Assembly: GCA_018650465.1 (NCBI GenBank)
Contig: JABIFY010000104.1
Coordinates: 6,107 to 70,106, forward strand
Direction: 5' to 3'
DNA from: Alphaproteobacteria bacterium
GTDB lineage: Bacteria; Pseudomonadota; Alphaproteobacteria; UBA2966
Length of the DNA stretch: 64,000 bases
Numbering within the stretch: the stretch's first letter is position 1; each line of letters begins with the position of its first letter. A model generated the notes under the pieces. The model worked only from the letters and a program-made list of their open reading frames with translations, was not told the origin of the DNA and made no database searches. The position numbers and the translations under genes are program-made. This document shows positions 36,611-48,100 of this stretch, in pieces.

Positions 36611-39600
36611 GGCGAAATGCTCCTTTCGCCCGATGAAAGGCTGAGGATGTATGTGGTCACTTCAGTAAAGCTCGGCTTGATCAGGTCTTCAAGTTTTGCA
36701 ATCTCTTGCCAATCATTGGCCCTGGCGGCAAATTCCAGATTTTTCATCAAGTCAGAGAGATCAATGGCGGCAGCATAAAGGGCGGCACCCTTGGTTTCGT
36801 GGGCGGCTTCACATAAGGCCTTGGCGTCTTTGTTCCGGATTAGTTGGGCCAGGCGATCTGGTGTATCGGCAATCATCTCGCGGAAAAATTCCAGAGTTTC
36901 GATCAGGAATTCCGTATCATCTTCACCGGAAATTTCGCGCAAGCGGGCAAAGTTAATGGGGGTTGAATTTGCGGCCTCAAGGGCACCAGAATATGTGTCA
37001 CCCTCAACGGGCAGGGACACAGTCGGTACCGCATCTGGCAGCCACTTTTGCACCACGGCCTGCAATTGTTTTAGCTCAACCGGTTTGGCAACAAAGTCAT
37101 CCATGCCCGCAGCCAAACAGCGTTCGGCTTCGCCTTGCAGGGCGTTGGCGGTAATGGCAACAATCGGCAGGCGCACATCCTGGCCTTTCTCTGTCGCCCG
37201 GATGGCGGCGCATAACTCGAAGCCATCCATCTCCGGCATATGGCAATCGGTCAGCAACAAACCATATTTGTGCAGGGAAAATTTCTCCATGGCTTCGCGA
37301 CCGTCTTCAGCCATGATCGCTGTATACCCCAAACGATTAAGCTGACGCAGGATGACGCGCTGGTTTACCAGATTATCTTCCGCAACCAATACCAGGCTGC
37401 CGGTCTGTTCGGCGTCTTCGATGGACAAAGGCTCAATTTCATCGTGGTATTCCAGCTCTTCAATGTGGCGAACTTCAGGGCTGATCCGGCCCGCAGCAAC
37501 AGCTACGGCGGTCAGAAAATCAGCCCGGTGAAGGGGGGCCACGCTCACCACAACGGTGTCATCCATACCGGTGTCGCCGGACCACATGCGATCAAAAGTG
37601 AACAGCACAAAACGGGTGCCAGCCAGTTCAGGCATCGCCCTGATCTGGTCGCAGATTTCATATTGATAGGTCATCGACCAATGGGCGCCCAACACAACAA
37701 TGTCGTATTTCCGGCCCGACTTCGCCTTCGCCAGCGCTGTTTCCGTTGCCTTTCCGATGTCGCAGATTGTGTCGACGTCGGCCTTCCAGTGCTGCAAATA
37801 ATGACTGAGGTTAACATTGTTGGTTTCCAGCCACATCACCAACAAGACGTTCAGGTCGGCAAGATCGTTGTCCGCAATATCACGCAGGGGTTTTTCATCC
37901 GCTGCCAGGTCATAGGCCAGGTTAAAGATAAAGTTGGAGCCCTTGCCCGGTTGGCTGATCACATCAATCTTGCCGCCTTGCAATTCGATCAGATGGGCAC
38001 AGATTGAAAGCCCGAGTCCGGTGCCGCCAAAGCGTCTGTTGGTCGAGCTTTCTGCCTGGACAAAGGCGTCGAACAGACCCTCCTGGGCATGTTGCGGAAT
38101 GCCGATGCCAGAATCTTCAACCGAAAAATTGATGTTCTGGCGACGGCTGGTACTTGAGCCTTCCGGCTGTTTTTGTAATTCCGCCCGCACTGTGACGAAG
38201 CCGGACTTTGTGAATTTGATGGCATTTCCGATCAGATTGAACAGAACCTGGCGCAAACGCACGGGGTCACCCAGCAGGGGTTCGGGGATGGCCGGATCAA
38301 TAAACAGGGAGATGGCCAGGCCTTTTTCGCGGGCACCTGGTACCAGGGTTTCGCCAACGGCCTCGACCGCCTGACAAAGTGAAAAAGGATATCGTTCAAA
38401 CTTGAGTTGCCCGGCTTCAATCTTGGAAAAATCAAGAATGTCATCGATGATCCGCAGCAGGGAAAAGGCTGACGTGCGAACGGTTTCTGCCATTTCTCTT
38501 TGCGAGCGATCAAGTTTTGATCGGGTTAACAGGTCCAACATACCGATGACACCGTTCATGGGTGTGCGAATTTCGTGGCTCATGGTTGCCAGAAAAGATG
38601 ATTTGGCAATGGCGGCGGCCTGGGCCTGATCGCGGGCTTCCAGGGCTTCGCGTTCCGCAGTTTTTTGCGGCGTAACATCAACATAGGCGTTGACGTAACC
38701 GCCAGTGGGCAGCGGTGCCGCATAATGTTGCAAATCGTAATAGGGTTCGGTGAAAATCTGATCTGTCATTCGGCGCTGATCAGGTAGGGCATTTTTGACC
38801 CAGTTTTCACAAAATACGTCGAATGTGTCTTCCTGATAACCGACAAAATTGTCGTAAATGTAATGGGCCAATTCCAGGTAGTCTGAATTGTCATTCAGGA
38901 CTTCAATGCTGAGGCCTGTAATATCCAGAAAGGCCTGATTCCAAAAACGGATTTGCTTGTCTGAATCAAATTCAAGAACCCCGATGGGCAGGGCTTCCAG
39001 AATATCACGCAACCGGGCTTCAGCTGTCGCTGCCGCCAAACGCGCATTTTCCGCGTCTGTTTCCGCTTGTTTTCGCTCGGTAATATCCTGAATGGTGCCG
39101 ATCGACTGGATCAGGTGGCCGTTGTCATCGACGACAGGATTACCGATTTCGCGCACATATCTTGTTTCGCCGTTGCGACTAATGATGCGATAAGTGTGAT
39201 CCCAAGCCGTTCCATTGTGGTTTGCCTCAAGGACAATTTCCAGATGCAGGTCTTTGTCGTCCGGATGGGCATTGAGATAATCAAGATCTCCGGAAGACAG
39301 TCTGTTGAGATATTCCTCAGTCGAATAACCGTAAATTCTGGCATATTCTTCGGAACAGTATGTGCATTTGTCGAGAAGCAGATCCCAGGTCCAGTGTCCC
39401 AGATTGGCGATCTTTACGGCTTCGTTGATGATCTCCTGTCTTGACCGCAATTCCTCCTCGACCAGTTTTCGTTCGCTGATATCCACATGCCAGATAATCC
39501 CGGCATCCTGCCCTTCAAAGATAACGGGTTGGGTATTCATTAAAACCCACCAACGACTGCCGTCGATGCGGGTGCGCTCGGCTTCAAAATTGTTCAAAAC

Positions 39601-39834
39601 TTCTTTGTTGCGAAAAACAGCCATGGCTTTTTCAAGCTCATGCTTATCGACCCAGCTATTGCCAATGTCATGACCAATCAGGTCGTCCAGACTGGCCGCA
39701 CCAAACATGCGGGCCAGGGCGGAATTCACAAACAGACGTTCACCCGTTTCCGGATCCAGCACCGCAACGCCGATGGGACTGGCTTCAAGCAAGTCACGTA
39801 ATATGGCGTCAGCGGAAATTTCAGATGTGCTCAT
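36607..39834 (-). CDS. Multi-PAS hybrid sensor histidine kinase with receiver and C-terminal Hpt domains (unorthodox kinase).
   Basis: Several PAS/PAC segments are present. HisKA H-box SHEIRTPMNGVIGMLDLL. HATPase_c N, G1 and G2 boxes (NLIGNAIKFT, DSGIGI, GGTGLGLSI). Receiver motif LVLVAEDNLVNQR...DCHMPEMDG. Hpt region HETKGAALYAAA. I placed the start at ATG 39834. Confidence 0.85.
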   Translation of the reverse strand: MSTSEISADAILRDLLEASPIGVAVLDPETGERLFVNSALARMFGAASLDDLIGHDIGNSWVDKHELEKAMAVFRNKEVLNNFEAERTRIDGSRWWVLMNTQPVIFEGQDAGIIWHVDISERKLVEEELRSRQEIINEAVKIANLGHWTWDLLLDKCTYCSEEYARIYGYSTEEYLNRLSSGDLDYLNAHPDDKDLHLEIVLEANHNGTAWDHTYRIISRNGETRYVREIGNPVVDDNGHLIQSIGTIQDITERKQAETDAENARLAAATAEARLRDILEALPIGVLEFDSDKQIRFWNQAFLDITGLSIEVLNDNSDYLELAHYIYDNFVGYQEDTFDVFCENWVKNALPDQRRMTDQIFTEPYYDLQHYAAPLPTGGYVNAYVDVTPQKTAEREALEARDQAQAAAIAKSSFLATMSHEIRTPMNGVIGMLDLLTRSKLDRSQREMAETVRTSAFSLLRIIDDILDFSKIEAGQLKFERYPFSLCQAVEAVGETLVPGAREKGLAISLFIDPAIPEPLLGDPVRLRQVLFNLIGNAIKFTKSGFVTVRAELQKQPEGSSTSRRQNINFSVEDSGIGIPQHAQEGLFDAFVQAESSTNRRFGGTGLGLSICAHLIELQGGKIDVISQPGKGSNFIFNLAYDLAADEKPLRDIADNDLADLNVLLVMWLETNNVNLSHYLQHWKADVDTICDIGKATETALAKAKSGRKYDIVVLGAHWSMTYQYEICDQIRAMPELAGTRFVLFTFDRMWSGDTGMDDTVVVSVAPLHRADFLTAVAVAAGRISPEVRHIEELEYHDEIEPLSIEDAEQTGSLVLVAEDNLVNQRVILRQLNRLGYTAIMAEDGREAMEKFSLHKYGLLLTDCHMPEMDGFELCAAIRATEKGQDVRLPIVAITANALQGEAERCLAAGMDDFVAKPVELKQLQAVVQKWLPDAVPTVSLPVEGDTYSGALEAANSTPINFARLREISGEDDTEFLIETLEFFREMIADTPDRLAQLIRNKDAKALCEAAHETKGAALYAAAIDLSDLMKNLEFAARANDWQEIAKLEDLIKPSFTEVTTYILSLSSGERSISP

Positions 39835-39962
39835 GATCTTTCGGCGTTGTTCCTGAAGGCTGGTGCCGAGTATGCGGTTGCCCCGACAGAACAGCAACCA
39901 TTACCCGTCTGTCATGATGCTTCAGGTAGCTGAATTTCGTCCCGGTCAGACCGCAAGGCAGG

Positions 39963-40394
39963 CTATCTTATGAAATATCCCGCAACGCGCCATTTTCCAT
40001 CCTTGTCCAGCACAGGCGTAACAGTCTCCGTGCTGTTTTGTTTGTTCTCAAAACTGGTGGCGAATTTGATGATTACATAATGTCCATCAGGTGCACCGGG
40101 GACTTCCGTTTTGTAGTCGGCGGACATGAGAACGCGGGATTTGATCTGACCCAATGGGGTGCGCACCCTTTGCAAGGCATTGACCCATTTGTCTTTACTC
40201 ACCAATGTTTTGAAAAAGTCGGCGCTTTGTTGCCAGCTTTGACTGTAGTTTCCCTGGTCGACCGGGTTCAACCAGGTTTGTGCGGCGTTAACGGCTTTGT
40301 CCTCCCTGTCATCTGCATGGACGGCGCCCGGCAAGATCACGGTCATCAAGGCAAAGGCAAGTCCGGCAAACAGTTTAGTCATTTTATTGTTCAT
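39963..40394 (-). CDS. Secreted DUF4019-like (NTF2-like fold) hypothetical protein.
   Basis: Signal peptide MTKLFAGLAFALMTVILPGAVHA. The AAQTWLNPVDQGNYSQSWQ pattern is typical of DUF4019. Confidence 0.45.
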   Translation of the reverse strand: MNNKMTKLFAGLAFALMTVILPGAVHADDREDKAVNAAQTWLNPVDQGNYSQSWQQSADFFKTLVSKDKWVNALQRVRTPLGQIKSRVLMSADYKTEVPGAPDGHYVIIKFATSFENKQNSTETVTPVLDKDGKWRVAGYFIR

Positions 40395-40551
40395 TTAGTT
40401 CTCCTTCTTTCCAGGTTATGCAGGGACCAGGGCGCTTTTTGCGGCGTGTCGTTTTCGGCGTGCCGATTTCTTGTGGCGGCTTTCCTGATCCTGGTAACCT
40501 GATTAAGATGCAGTCAAACTGTACCTCGACTGACACAAACAGGATATTGAA

Positions 40552-41310
40552 ATGACCGGACAAAATAAAATCGCCATCGTCACTGGTGCAGGCTCAGGCG
40601 TCGGGCGGGCTTGTGCCGTCGCTTTGTTGCAGGCCGGATACTCAGTTGTTTTGGCCGGGCGCCGGGAAGAGCCTTTGGCAGAAACTGCCCGGATGGCAGG
40701 CGATGCCGCCAGTCGTGCGCTGGTGGTGCCAACGGATGTCAGCAAGCCAGGCGATGTGGCAGCCCTTTTTGCCAAAACAAAAGAGGCCTTTGGCCGACTG
40801 GACGTGCTGTTTAACAATGCGGGTATAAATGCACCCGGTATTCCCATGGATGAATTAAGCTATGAGCAGTGGCAATCGGTTGTTGATATCAATCTGACCG
40901 GGCCGTTTTTGTGCACCCAGGAAGCCTTCCGGCTGATGAAATCACAGACCCCCAAAGGTGGGCGTATCATCAATAATGGTTCGATTTCAGCCCATTCTCC
41001 GCGGCCTTTTTCAGCCCCCTACACAGCCACAAAACACGCCATTTCCGGTCTCACCAAAACCACTATTCTGGACGGCCGTGTCCACGACATCGTTTGTTGT
41101 CAAATTGATATTGGCAATGCCGAAACTGAAATGGCCAAGCGCATGGCCGATGGCGTGCCGCAGGCTGATGGCTCGATCAAGGCGGAACCCCTGATGCATC
41201 TGGATCACGTGGCCAATGCGGTGGTTCACATGGCGAACTTGCCGCTGGAAGCAAACGTGCAAAATCTGACGGTGATGGCGACCAAAATGCCATTTGTTGG
41301 CAGGGGCTGA
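40552..41310 (+). CDS. SDR-family oxidoreductase.
   Basis: [14 protein letters not shown] Rossmann motif. The NNAG motif and the YTATK catalytic motif are present. Confidence 0.85.
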   Translation: MTGQNKIAIVTGAGSGVGRACAVALLQAGYSVVLAGRREEPLAETARMAGDAASRALVVPTDVSKPGDVAALFAKTKEAFGRLDVLFNNAGINAPGIPMDELSYEQWQSVVDINLTGPFLCTQEAFRLMKSQTPKGGRIINNGSISAHSPRPFSAPYTATKHAISGLTKTTILDGRVHDIVCCQIDIGNAETEMAKRMADGVPQADGSIKAEPLMHLDHVANAVVHMANLPLEANVQNLTVMATKMPFVGRG

Positions 41311-41360
41311 ATTCAGTTCGGAATTTCCCCTGTCGTCTTATGTCTTTCATGACTTGTCAG

Positions 41361-42137
41361 TCAGGATTTGGGCCGGGGTAAATCCTGCATTTGATATCGT
41401 GCCAGAAAGTCCTTGTAGGTGCCGTCCTTCGTCATGTCGCGCATCTTCTTTTGCAACGTCTTTATTTTGTATGACGGCACGTCAGTGGACATAGCCAACC
41501 AGACATCAACGGATAAAATTGACTTGCTCTTTTGCAAGTTTTTTATCGGCAACTTCAATGCCTGAAATTCATGCAGTGTTGTGTGCCAACCGCCAAAAAT
41601 GGCATCTACTTTTTTGCCTTCAAGCAAGCGGGCGCAGGACGAATTATCGGGTGCCTTGATCAGGCGTCGATAACCCTTGCGTTTTAAATGCCCCAGCATG
41701 GCCGATCGGGCGAGCACGCAAATACGGGTCGTATCCTTTTTGAATTTGGGTTTTTTGTTCCTGTTCTTGATACTGATGAAATAGGTGTTCGCGCGAAGCA
41801 GGGGATAGACCCACTGGAACAGTTTTTCGCTGCGGTCGGTTCTGGCGGTACCCATTAACGCGACCTGGCCTCCTTTCAAGGCACGTTGATAGGCCTGCGC
41901 CCAGGGCTGTACCTTGACAACATGTTTGACCTTCGCGCGCCGCATGGCCTCTTGCAAAAGATCTGGAATGAAGCCAGTGATCTTGCCGCCCTTTTTGACG
42001 ACAAAGGGGGGCATAACACTGCCAATCAGGGTGATTTTTTCATCGCTTGCGGCCTGCACCAATGATGCGGGCGTCAACAGGCAATACAGGGCAAGGGCAG
42101 CAAGGAGAGTTCTCAAGGTAAATTCCTCGTTCGACAA
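41361..42137 (-). CDS. Periplasmic solute-binding protein (SBP family 3, amino-acid ABC type).
   Basis: A signal peptide is present. An SBP_bac_3-like fold is present (GFIPDLLQEAMRRAK...). Confidence 0.7.
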   Translation of the reverse strand: MSNEEFTLRTLLAALALYCLLTPASLVQAASDEKITLIGSVMPPFVVKKGGKITGFIPDLLQEAMRRAKVKHVVKVQPWAQAYQRALKGGQVALMGTARTDRSEKLFQWVYPLLRANTYFISIKNRNKKPKFKKDTTRICVLARSAMLGHLKRKGYRRLIKAPDNSSCARLLEGKKVDAIFGGWHTTLHEFQALKLPIKNLQKSKSILSVDVWLAMSTDVPSYKIKTLQKKMRDMTKDGTYKDFLARYQMQDLPRPKS

Positions 42138-42210
42138 GTTGATTTTGCAAAACTTTTACTGACAAACAATGCTTTACTGACGAACGGTAACTAATGATAT
42201 GCAACGTCGT

Positions 42211-42453
42211 TCAGGTTTGTCCAGGATTGCCGGACTGAACCAGCGTATAAGGTGCAATCTGTTCGATCTGACCGATCTTTTGCAGCCACAGGTCTATGAA
42301 AGCATTTACCTTGCGGCTGCCGTGACGGTGTTTGGGGTACAGGGCAAACACCGCCACCGGATCTGATTTCCACTCTGGCAATACGGGTGCCAGGGTCTTC
42401 ATGCGACTTCCGTGTTCACAAAAAAATCCGATCGATGCCAATAGCCAGAACAT
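42211..42453 (-). pseudogene. Remnant of a LysR-family regulator: C-terminal substrate-binding-domain fragment only.
   Basis: Typical LysR C-terminus (VAVFALYPKHRHGSRKVNAFIDLWLQKI) with no upstream HTH or N-terminal domain. Confidence 0.45.
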
Positions 42454-42479
42454 CCGCGCGGCTTGAAGGAAGCAATCAA

Positions 42480-42656
42480 ATGATCAAATTGTATGACTAT
42501 CCAGCTTCCGGTAATTGTTGCAAAATTCGCATGTTCCTGAATATTCTGGGTCTGGACTACGAAACGGTGCCGGTTGATTTCTACCCTGGCGTTGAACACA
42601 GAGGTCCTGTCATCAGGGCAGTCAATCCCCAGGTTGACCAAAAGGCTGCCGAATAG
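42480..42656 (+). pseudogene. Remnant of a glutathione S-transferase: N-terminal thioredoxin-like domain fragment of about 58 aa.
   Basis: MIKLYDYPASGNCCKIRMFLNILGLDYE matches a GST N-terminal domain. The ORF terminates after about 58 codons. Confidence 0.4.
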
Positions 42657-42686
42657 CGTTGTCGAACAAGCAACCGAATAAGGCCG

Positions 42687-43553
42687 CTACTCAACAATAT
42701 GCAGGATGCCGAAGTCTTCGCCCATGTCGTTGATGTGGTGCAGTTTGTCGAGGATACGTTCGTTCAACCGGGTGCCGGCAGCCAGCACAAGGTTGCCTTC
42801 CTTGGTACGCACGTCAGTTGCCAGTTTTGAGCCTTCCGGTACCGTATCAAGCGTGACGGCAACAGCGGTAACCTTCGCCTTTTCATAGGCCGCCGGGGAT
42901 TGCGCTTCAGGCCCGTCTTCATTTTCTTGCATTGCCGCCTGGCTGGCCGGTTCAGGCGCTTCGGCGGGGCCTGTCGGTTTTGTGGTCCAGACCGCTGCCC
43001 GTGCCGCCTTGTCCGGGTCTGGCTGCAGTTGGTCCACCTTGACATATTCCCGGATAATTTTTTCCAGCATGGCGACGCGGTTTTCCAGGTCATTAACCGT
43101 TTCCGACAGCCCCAGTTTGGCATAATTTTTAGCCGGCAAAAGTTCCTGGCGATCACCCGTCAACAAAGGCGCGATCCTGGATAACAGCATTGTTTTTGAT
43201 ACCGGCTTGGCGATAAAGGCGTCGACATCCAGGGCCATGGCCAAGCCAAGGACAAACTTGTCTGAATAGCCGGTCAACATGGCAAAGGGCAGGTCACGAT
43301 CAACATGGGCTGTTCCGGCGCGCACAGCCTGCAACAGCTCCACCCCGGTCATGTTGGGCATTTTGAAGTCGGAAATGATGCAGTCGATGCCCTCGCCCCT
43401 TTGCGTAAGGACATCAATGGCCTTCTGGCCGTCCTCGGCAATCAGGACCTCTTTGGCACCCATTTCAATCAGCAACTGCTTCACGAGTGAGCGGATGAAT
43501 TCCTCGTCGTCAACGACAAGAAAAATACCGTCCTTGATATCTTTGCCGTTCAT
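42687..43553 (-). CDS. Response regulator: an N-terminal receiver domain plus an uncharacterised C-terminal domain.
   Basis: Receiver motifs FLVVDDEEF...ISDFKMPNMTG...KP are present. The C-terminal ~120 aa are not recognised. Confidence 0.72.
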   Translation of the reverse strand: MNGKDIKDGIFLVVDDEEFIRSLVKQLLIEMGAKEVLIAEDGQKAIDVLTQRGEGIDCIISDFKMPNMTGVELLQAVRAGTAHVDRDLPFAMLTGYSDKFVLGLAMALDVDAFIAKPVSKTMLLSRIAPLLTGDRQELLPAKNYAKLGLSETVNDLENRVAMLEKIIREYVKVDQLQPDPDKAARAAVWTTKPTGPAEAPEPASQAAMQENEDGPEAQSPAAYEKAKVTAVAVTLDTVPEGSKLATDVRTKEGNLVLAAGTRLNERILDKLHHINDMGEDFGILHIVE

Positions 43554-44938
43554 TTGATTACCCCATCCCTTCTTAATGTTGATACGTACAAGACTATACG
43601 TTGAAACTCTGCCTGCATATCACCCACCAGCGATTTCGTAACTGCCGGATCAACATAAGACGCGCCGGCTTCAAGTTTCGCCGCCAATTTGGCCAAACCC
43701 AAAGCACCTGCATTGGCTGCGACGCCCTTGGCGGCATGAGCAGCATCTTCAATTTCTGTCAAATCATTCTCATCAACCTGTTCCACTGCCGATACCAGAC
43801 GGTTCAGGTTAGCGGGAAAAATGGCTTCGAAGCGTGCCAGCAACTGATCTCGCGCGACATCACTTTTATCGCCCAAAATATCTGCAATTTTTTCCAGATT
43901 GACCGGGGACGATATGCCGGACGGCAGTTTGTTCTGGTCGCCGCCATTGGTGGTCAATTGTTTGAAAGTAATATCGCGACCGTCCAGTTTCTCATCCAGC
44001 ATGCGGGCCAGACCAGCCAGAACCAATGGTTTGAACAACACGCCATCCATACCGGCGTCCATGCAGGTTTCCAGGATGGTCGATGTTTCACGAGCCGTCC
44101 AGCCGATGACCGGCAATCGTGTCAGGCTCTGACTTTCTTGTTCGCGAAGCTGCCGGGTAAAGTCGAAACCGTCCATGCCCGGCATCAGACAATCCACAAG
44201 GGCCAGATCCCAGTCCGAGTTTGCCTTGTTGACCTGGTTCAGGGCGTCTTGTCCGTCTGTTGCTATGCCACAATAAACTCCCAGTTTGGCCAACTGCCTG
44301 GCAGCCAGTTCCCGGTTCATGAGGTTGTCATCAACGACCAGGACGCGGACCTGAGAGGATGACGCGTCCGGATTTTGGCCGGTTTCAAGTCGTTGAGCCA
44401 GAAGGTCAATGACATCTTTGAAATCTTCCCGTGTGTCGGTTCGCATTTCGCAAATCACAACCATTTCAGCACCAGAGTCTTTCAGGCCCTGGATCACTTC
44501 ATCTTCAATACGCTCGTTACCGGCGGGCATATGGATGATGACCTTCAGTGCCGTGGATAGACCGTATTCTTGCTCAACAAGCGCCCCGGCGGAAGACAAA
44601 TTAAGCGCCGCCGCTGTGTGGGCGCCGCTGGCAGCAAGACTGTCGATCAGAGCTTGGCGGGCAAATTTGTTTCGGCTGGAGACAATCGCCAGGACTTCTG
44701 CCGATAACATGACCTCCTCCAATAACACCTTTGGCCCGGAAAGATCCGGGATCGCTTTTGCGCCGTTCCGATAATGGCAAGAGACAGACAAAGAGGTTAA
44801 ATCGAAGACAACAATCTTCGCGCGCAGTTCAGCCTCACCATATACAGGTGTCTCGCCGTGCCGATTTTGATTGTTCAAATTATGCGTTGTCTTTTTCATC
44901 GTGAGTTCTTTTGGAGTAAGTTCTTTTGGGCTGAGCAT
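43550..44938 (-). CDS. Phosphorelay protein with receiver domain(s) and a C-terminal Hpt domain.
   Basis: Receiver motifs VLVVDDNLMNRE...DCLMPGMDG are present. Hpt region HAAKGVAANAGALGLAKLA. The start is uncertain: ATG 44938 or ATG 44899. Confidence 0.65.
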   Translation of the reverse strand: MLSPKELTPKELTMKKTTHNLNNQNRHGETPVYGEAELRAKIVVFDLTSLSVSCHYRNGAKAIPDLSGPKVLLEEVMLSAEVLAIVSSRNKFARQALIDSLAASGAHTAAALNLSSAGALVEQEYGLSTALKVIIHMPAGNERIEDEVIQGLKDSGAEMVVICEMRTDTREDFKDVIDLLAQRLETGQNPDASSSQVRVLVVDDNLMNRELAARQLAKLGVYCGIATDGQDALNQVNKANSDWDLALVDCLMPGMDGFDFTRQLREQESQSLTRLPVIGWTARETSTILETCMDAGMDGVLFKPLVLAGLARMLDEKLDGRDITFKQLTTNGGDQNKLPSGISSPVNLEKIADILGDKSDVARDQLLARFEAIFPANLNRLVSAVEQVDENDLTEIEDAAHAAKGVAANAGALGLAKLAAKLEAGASYVDPAVTKSLVGDMQAEFQRIVLYVSTLRRDGVIK

Positions 44939-45144
44939 TTTTGGGAACTTGCAGACACAACATGCCGCCGGACCATCGGTTTCGTCAACATTCAGAATGT
45001 TTCCGAAATGTGTCTGACCCAATCCAGGGTTAGGCAATGGCGCTGGAATGACGCAGTATGGCACTCAGCAAATGTGCGCACCGGATTGAACGGCGCGTTG
45101 TGAAAAATTTCCCGAACGGGTTTTAATATATTGAGGACGCTCTG

Positions 45145-48100
45145 GTGCGATATCTGAATAACATAAAGCGCGGTATTTTCCTGGGGCTTATGATTATCGT
45201 TATGTCAGCTGTGACAGTTTCTGCCTCAGCTGCTGACAGCACGATCTCACTCACAGATGCCGAACGCGCCTGGATCAAAGCCAATCCGCGCATTCGTGTC
45301 CACAACGAGATGGATTGGCCGCCCTTTAATTTCGCCAGAGAGGACCAGGCCCAGGGTTATTCTATTGATTTCATGAATCTTGTGGCCAGCAGCACCGGAC
45401 TACAGGTCGATTATGTAACCGGCCCCACATGGGGTGAGTTTCTGGAATTGATGAAAAGCGGCAAGCTGGATGTCATGCTGAACATCGTCAAAACGCCAGC
45501 ACGCCAGAAGTACCTTTTATATACCCGTCCCTATGCCGATAATCCCAACACCATTCTCAGTCGTCGCGATGCGCCCTATGACAGTCTTGAACAATTGTTT
45601 GGTAAAACCATTTCCGTGCCCAAGGGGTTTTTCTATGAAGAAATCCTCAAACGCGAATATCCCAAAATAAAACTTCATCTGGTCAAGGACACGCTGGAGA
45701 CCATGAAGGCTGTGACTTTCGGTAAGGCGGATGCGGCTTTGGGAGAACTGGCTGTATTCAATCACTTGCTGGGTGCCCATTTAATGACCGGTCTTGGCGT
45801 TTCCGGCGAAGTGAAAATGGGCAACCCCGAATATGCCTTGCTGAATATGGCCACCCGGACAGACACGCCATTGTTGGCGTCCATTCTGGACAAGGGTATC
45901 AAATCCATCACGATCGAACAGATCAGGGCCATCCAGCGCAAATGGCTGGGTGAGACACGTGTCAGTCAAGACCCTGCGCGGTCCATGGCGTTGACCAGTG
46001 CGCAAAAGGACTGGCTGGTGCAGCATCCGGTTATTCGTCTTGGCATTGATCCCGATTACCCACCCTTCGAGTTTGAATCCGAAGATGGCAAATTGTCGGG
46101 TATTTCCGCCGACTATCTCAGGCTGATCAACAAACGTTTGGGTACAGATATCAAGGTCGTACCTGGTCTGAAATGGCCGGAAGTTATCGCCGGTGTTGAG
46201 GCAGGGTCAGTGGATATATTGTCGGCGGCTCTGCGGTCCCCTGTGCGCGAAAAGTTTCTGTTGTTCAGCAAGCCACATCTTGAATTTCCTGTCGTCATCC
46301 TGACCCGCGATGATTATCCCTTTGTGGCGAACCTGGATGATCTCACGGGTAAAAAAATTGCCCTGGTGCGCGATTTTTCCGTCACCGATCTGATCCGCAA
46401 GAACTTCCCGCAAGTGGTTCCACACATGGTCGATACCCCCTTGGCTGCGCTTCAGGCTGTGTCCGTTGGGGATGCCGAGGCCGCTGTGATCAATCTGGCA
46501 GTAGCGACAAACTTTATCCGCACAAACAATCTGATCAACATCAAGGTTGCAGCCCCTGCCGGGTTGGATATCAAGGGTCTGGCCTTTGCTGTGCGCAAGG
46601 ACTGGCCAGAATTGGTGGGAATTCTCAACAAGGCCCTGGCATCGATTACGCCGGAAGAGGAAGCCCAAATTCGCAACCGGTGGATTTCGGTTCGCTATGA
46701 ACATGTCGCGGACACAGAAGCGTTGGTCAAGGTTGCCTTGCAGGTCGGTGCCGTTGCCGTTGTTATCTTGCTGCTGATCGTGTTCTGGAACCGGCGATTA
46801 CGACAGGAAATTGGCCGTCGCGAAGCCACGGAAACTGAGTTGACCGAAAAGGAAGCTTTGCTGCGACTGGCATTGGCGCAGATGTCGGACGGCATTTATC
46901 AACTGGATAACCAGTTGCGCTATACCTTGTTTAATGATCGATACGTGGAGTTGGTTGATGTGCCACAAAACCTTGTGCAGGTTGGCATGCCGGTCGAGCG
47001 TGTCGTGCGTCACCTGGCCCAGCGTGGAGATTATGGTGAGGGTGAAATCGAAACTCTGGTGCAAAAACGCCTGAGAGAATTCATCTTGCCTGATCCGATC
47101 AGCGTCGAAGTCACGACACCTGACAAAATACTGGAATTTCGCCAGACCCCGGCGGCTGATGGTGGCATGGTTGCTGTTGCCTCGGATATTACCGAGCGCA
47201 AGCAATATGAAGAAATCCTGCGCAAGGCCAAAGACGATGCCGAAGCCTCTGCCCAGGCCAAATCTGATTTTATCGCGGTTGTCAGTCACGAAGTTCGCAC
47301 CCCCATGAACGGGGTGCTGGGTATGGCCCGCCTGATGCTGGAAACGCCGCTTATCGGTGAACAGGTTGAATATGCCCAGACGATAGTGGATTCCGGAGAG
47401 GCCTTGCTGACGATTCTCAATGATCTGTTGGATATCTCGAAACTGGAAGCCGGGAAACTTGAGATCGAAGCCTTTGCTTTTGCGCCACGTCGCTTGATTG
47501 CAGATACAGGTAATGTCATGCGACCGAGGGCCGTTGAAAAGGGATTGAAAACACAGTTCCGCGTTGGAGATAATGTTCCCCTTGCCGTCATCGGTGATGC
47601 CAACCGGTTGCGCCAGATCGTGTTTAATTTGCTCAGCAATGCCATCAAGTTTACGGACCGGGGCGAAGTTGAAATCGCCGTGGAGGCACAGGAAACCGGC
47701 GAGGATACCGTTGAATTGATTGTCAGTGTAACAGACACTGGCGCCGGTATTGATCCTGAGTCGGCGGACAAATTGTTTGCACCTTATGTTCAGGCCAATG
47801 TTGATATTGCCCGCAGGTATGGTGGTACAGGCCTTGGTCTGTCGATCAGCCGTCGCCTTGCCGGCTTGATGGGTGGTTATCTCACGCTGCAAAGCGAAGT
47901 TGGCAAGGGGAGCACCTTTACCTTGACCGTTCCCTTTGAAACCACTGAATCCATACCCACAGAGGCACGAGACAACACGCACTGGACGGACAAAAGTTTT
48001 GGTCGGGGTTTGCGGATCTTGCTGGTGGAAGACAACCGCATTAACCGCAAAGTCGCCGAAGGCATGATCGGCAAACTGGGCCACAAACTTGTTGCGGCGG

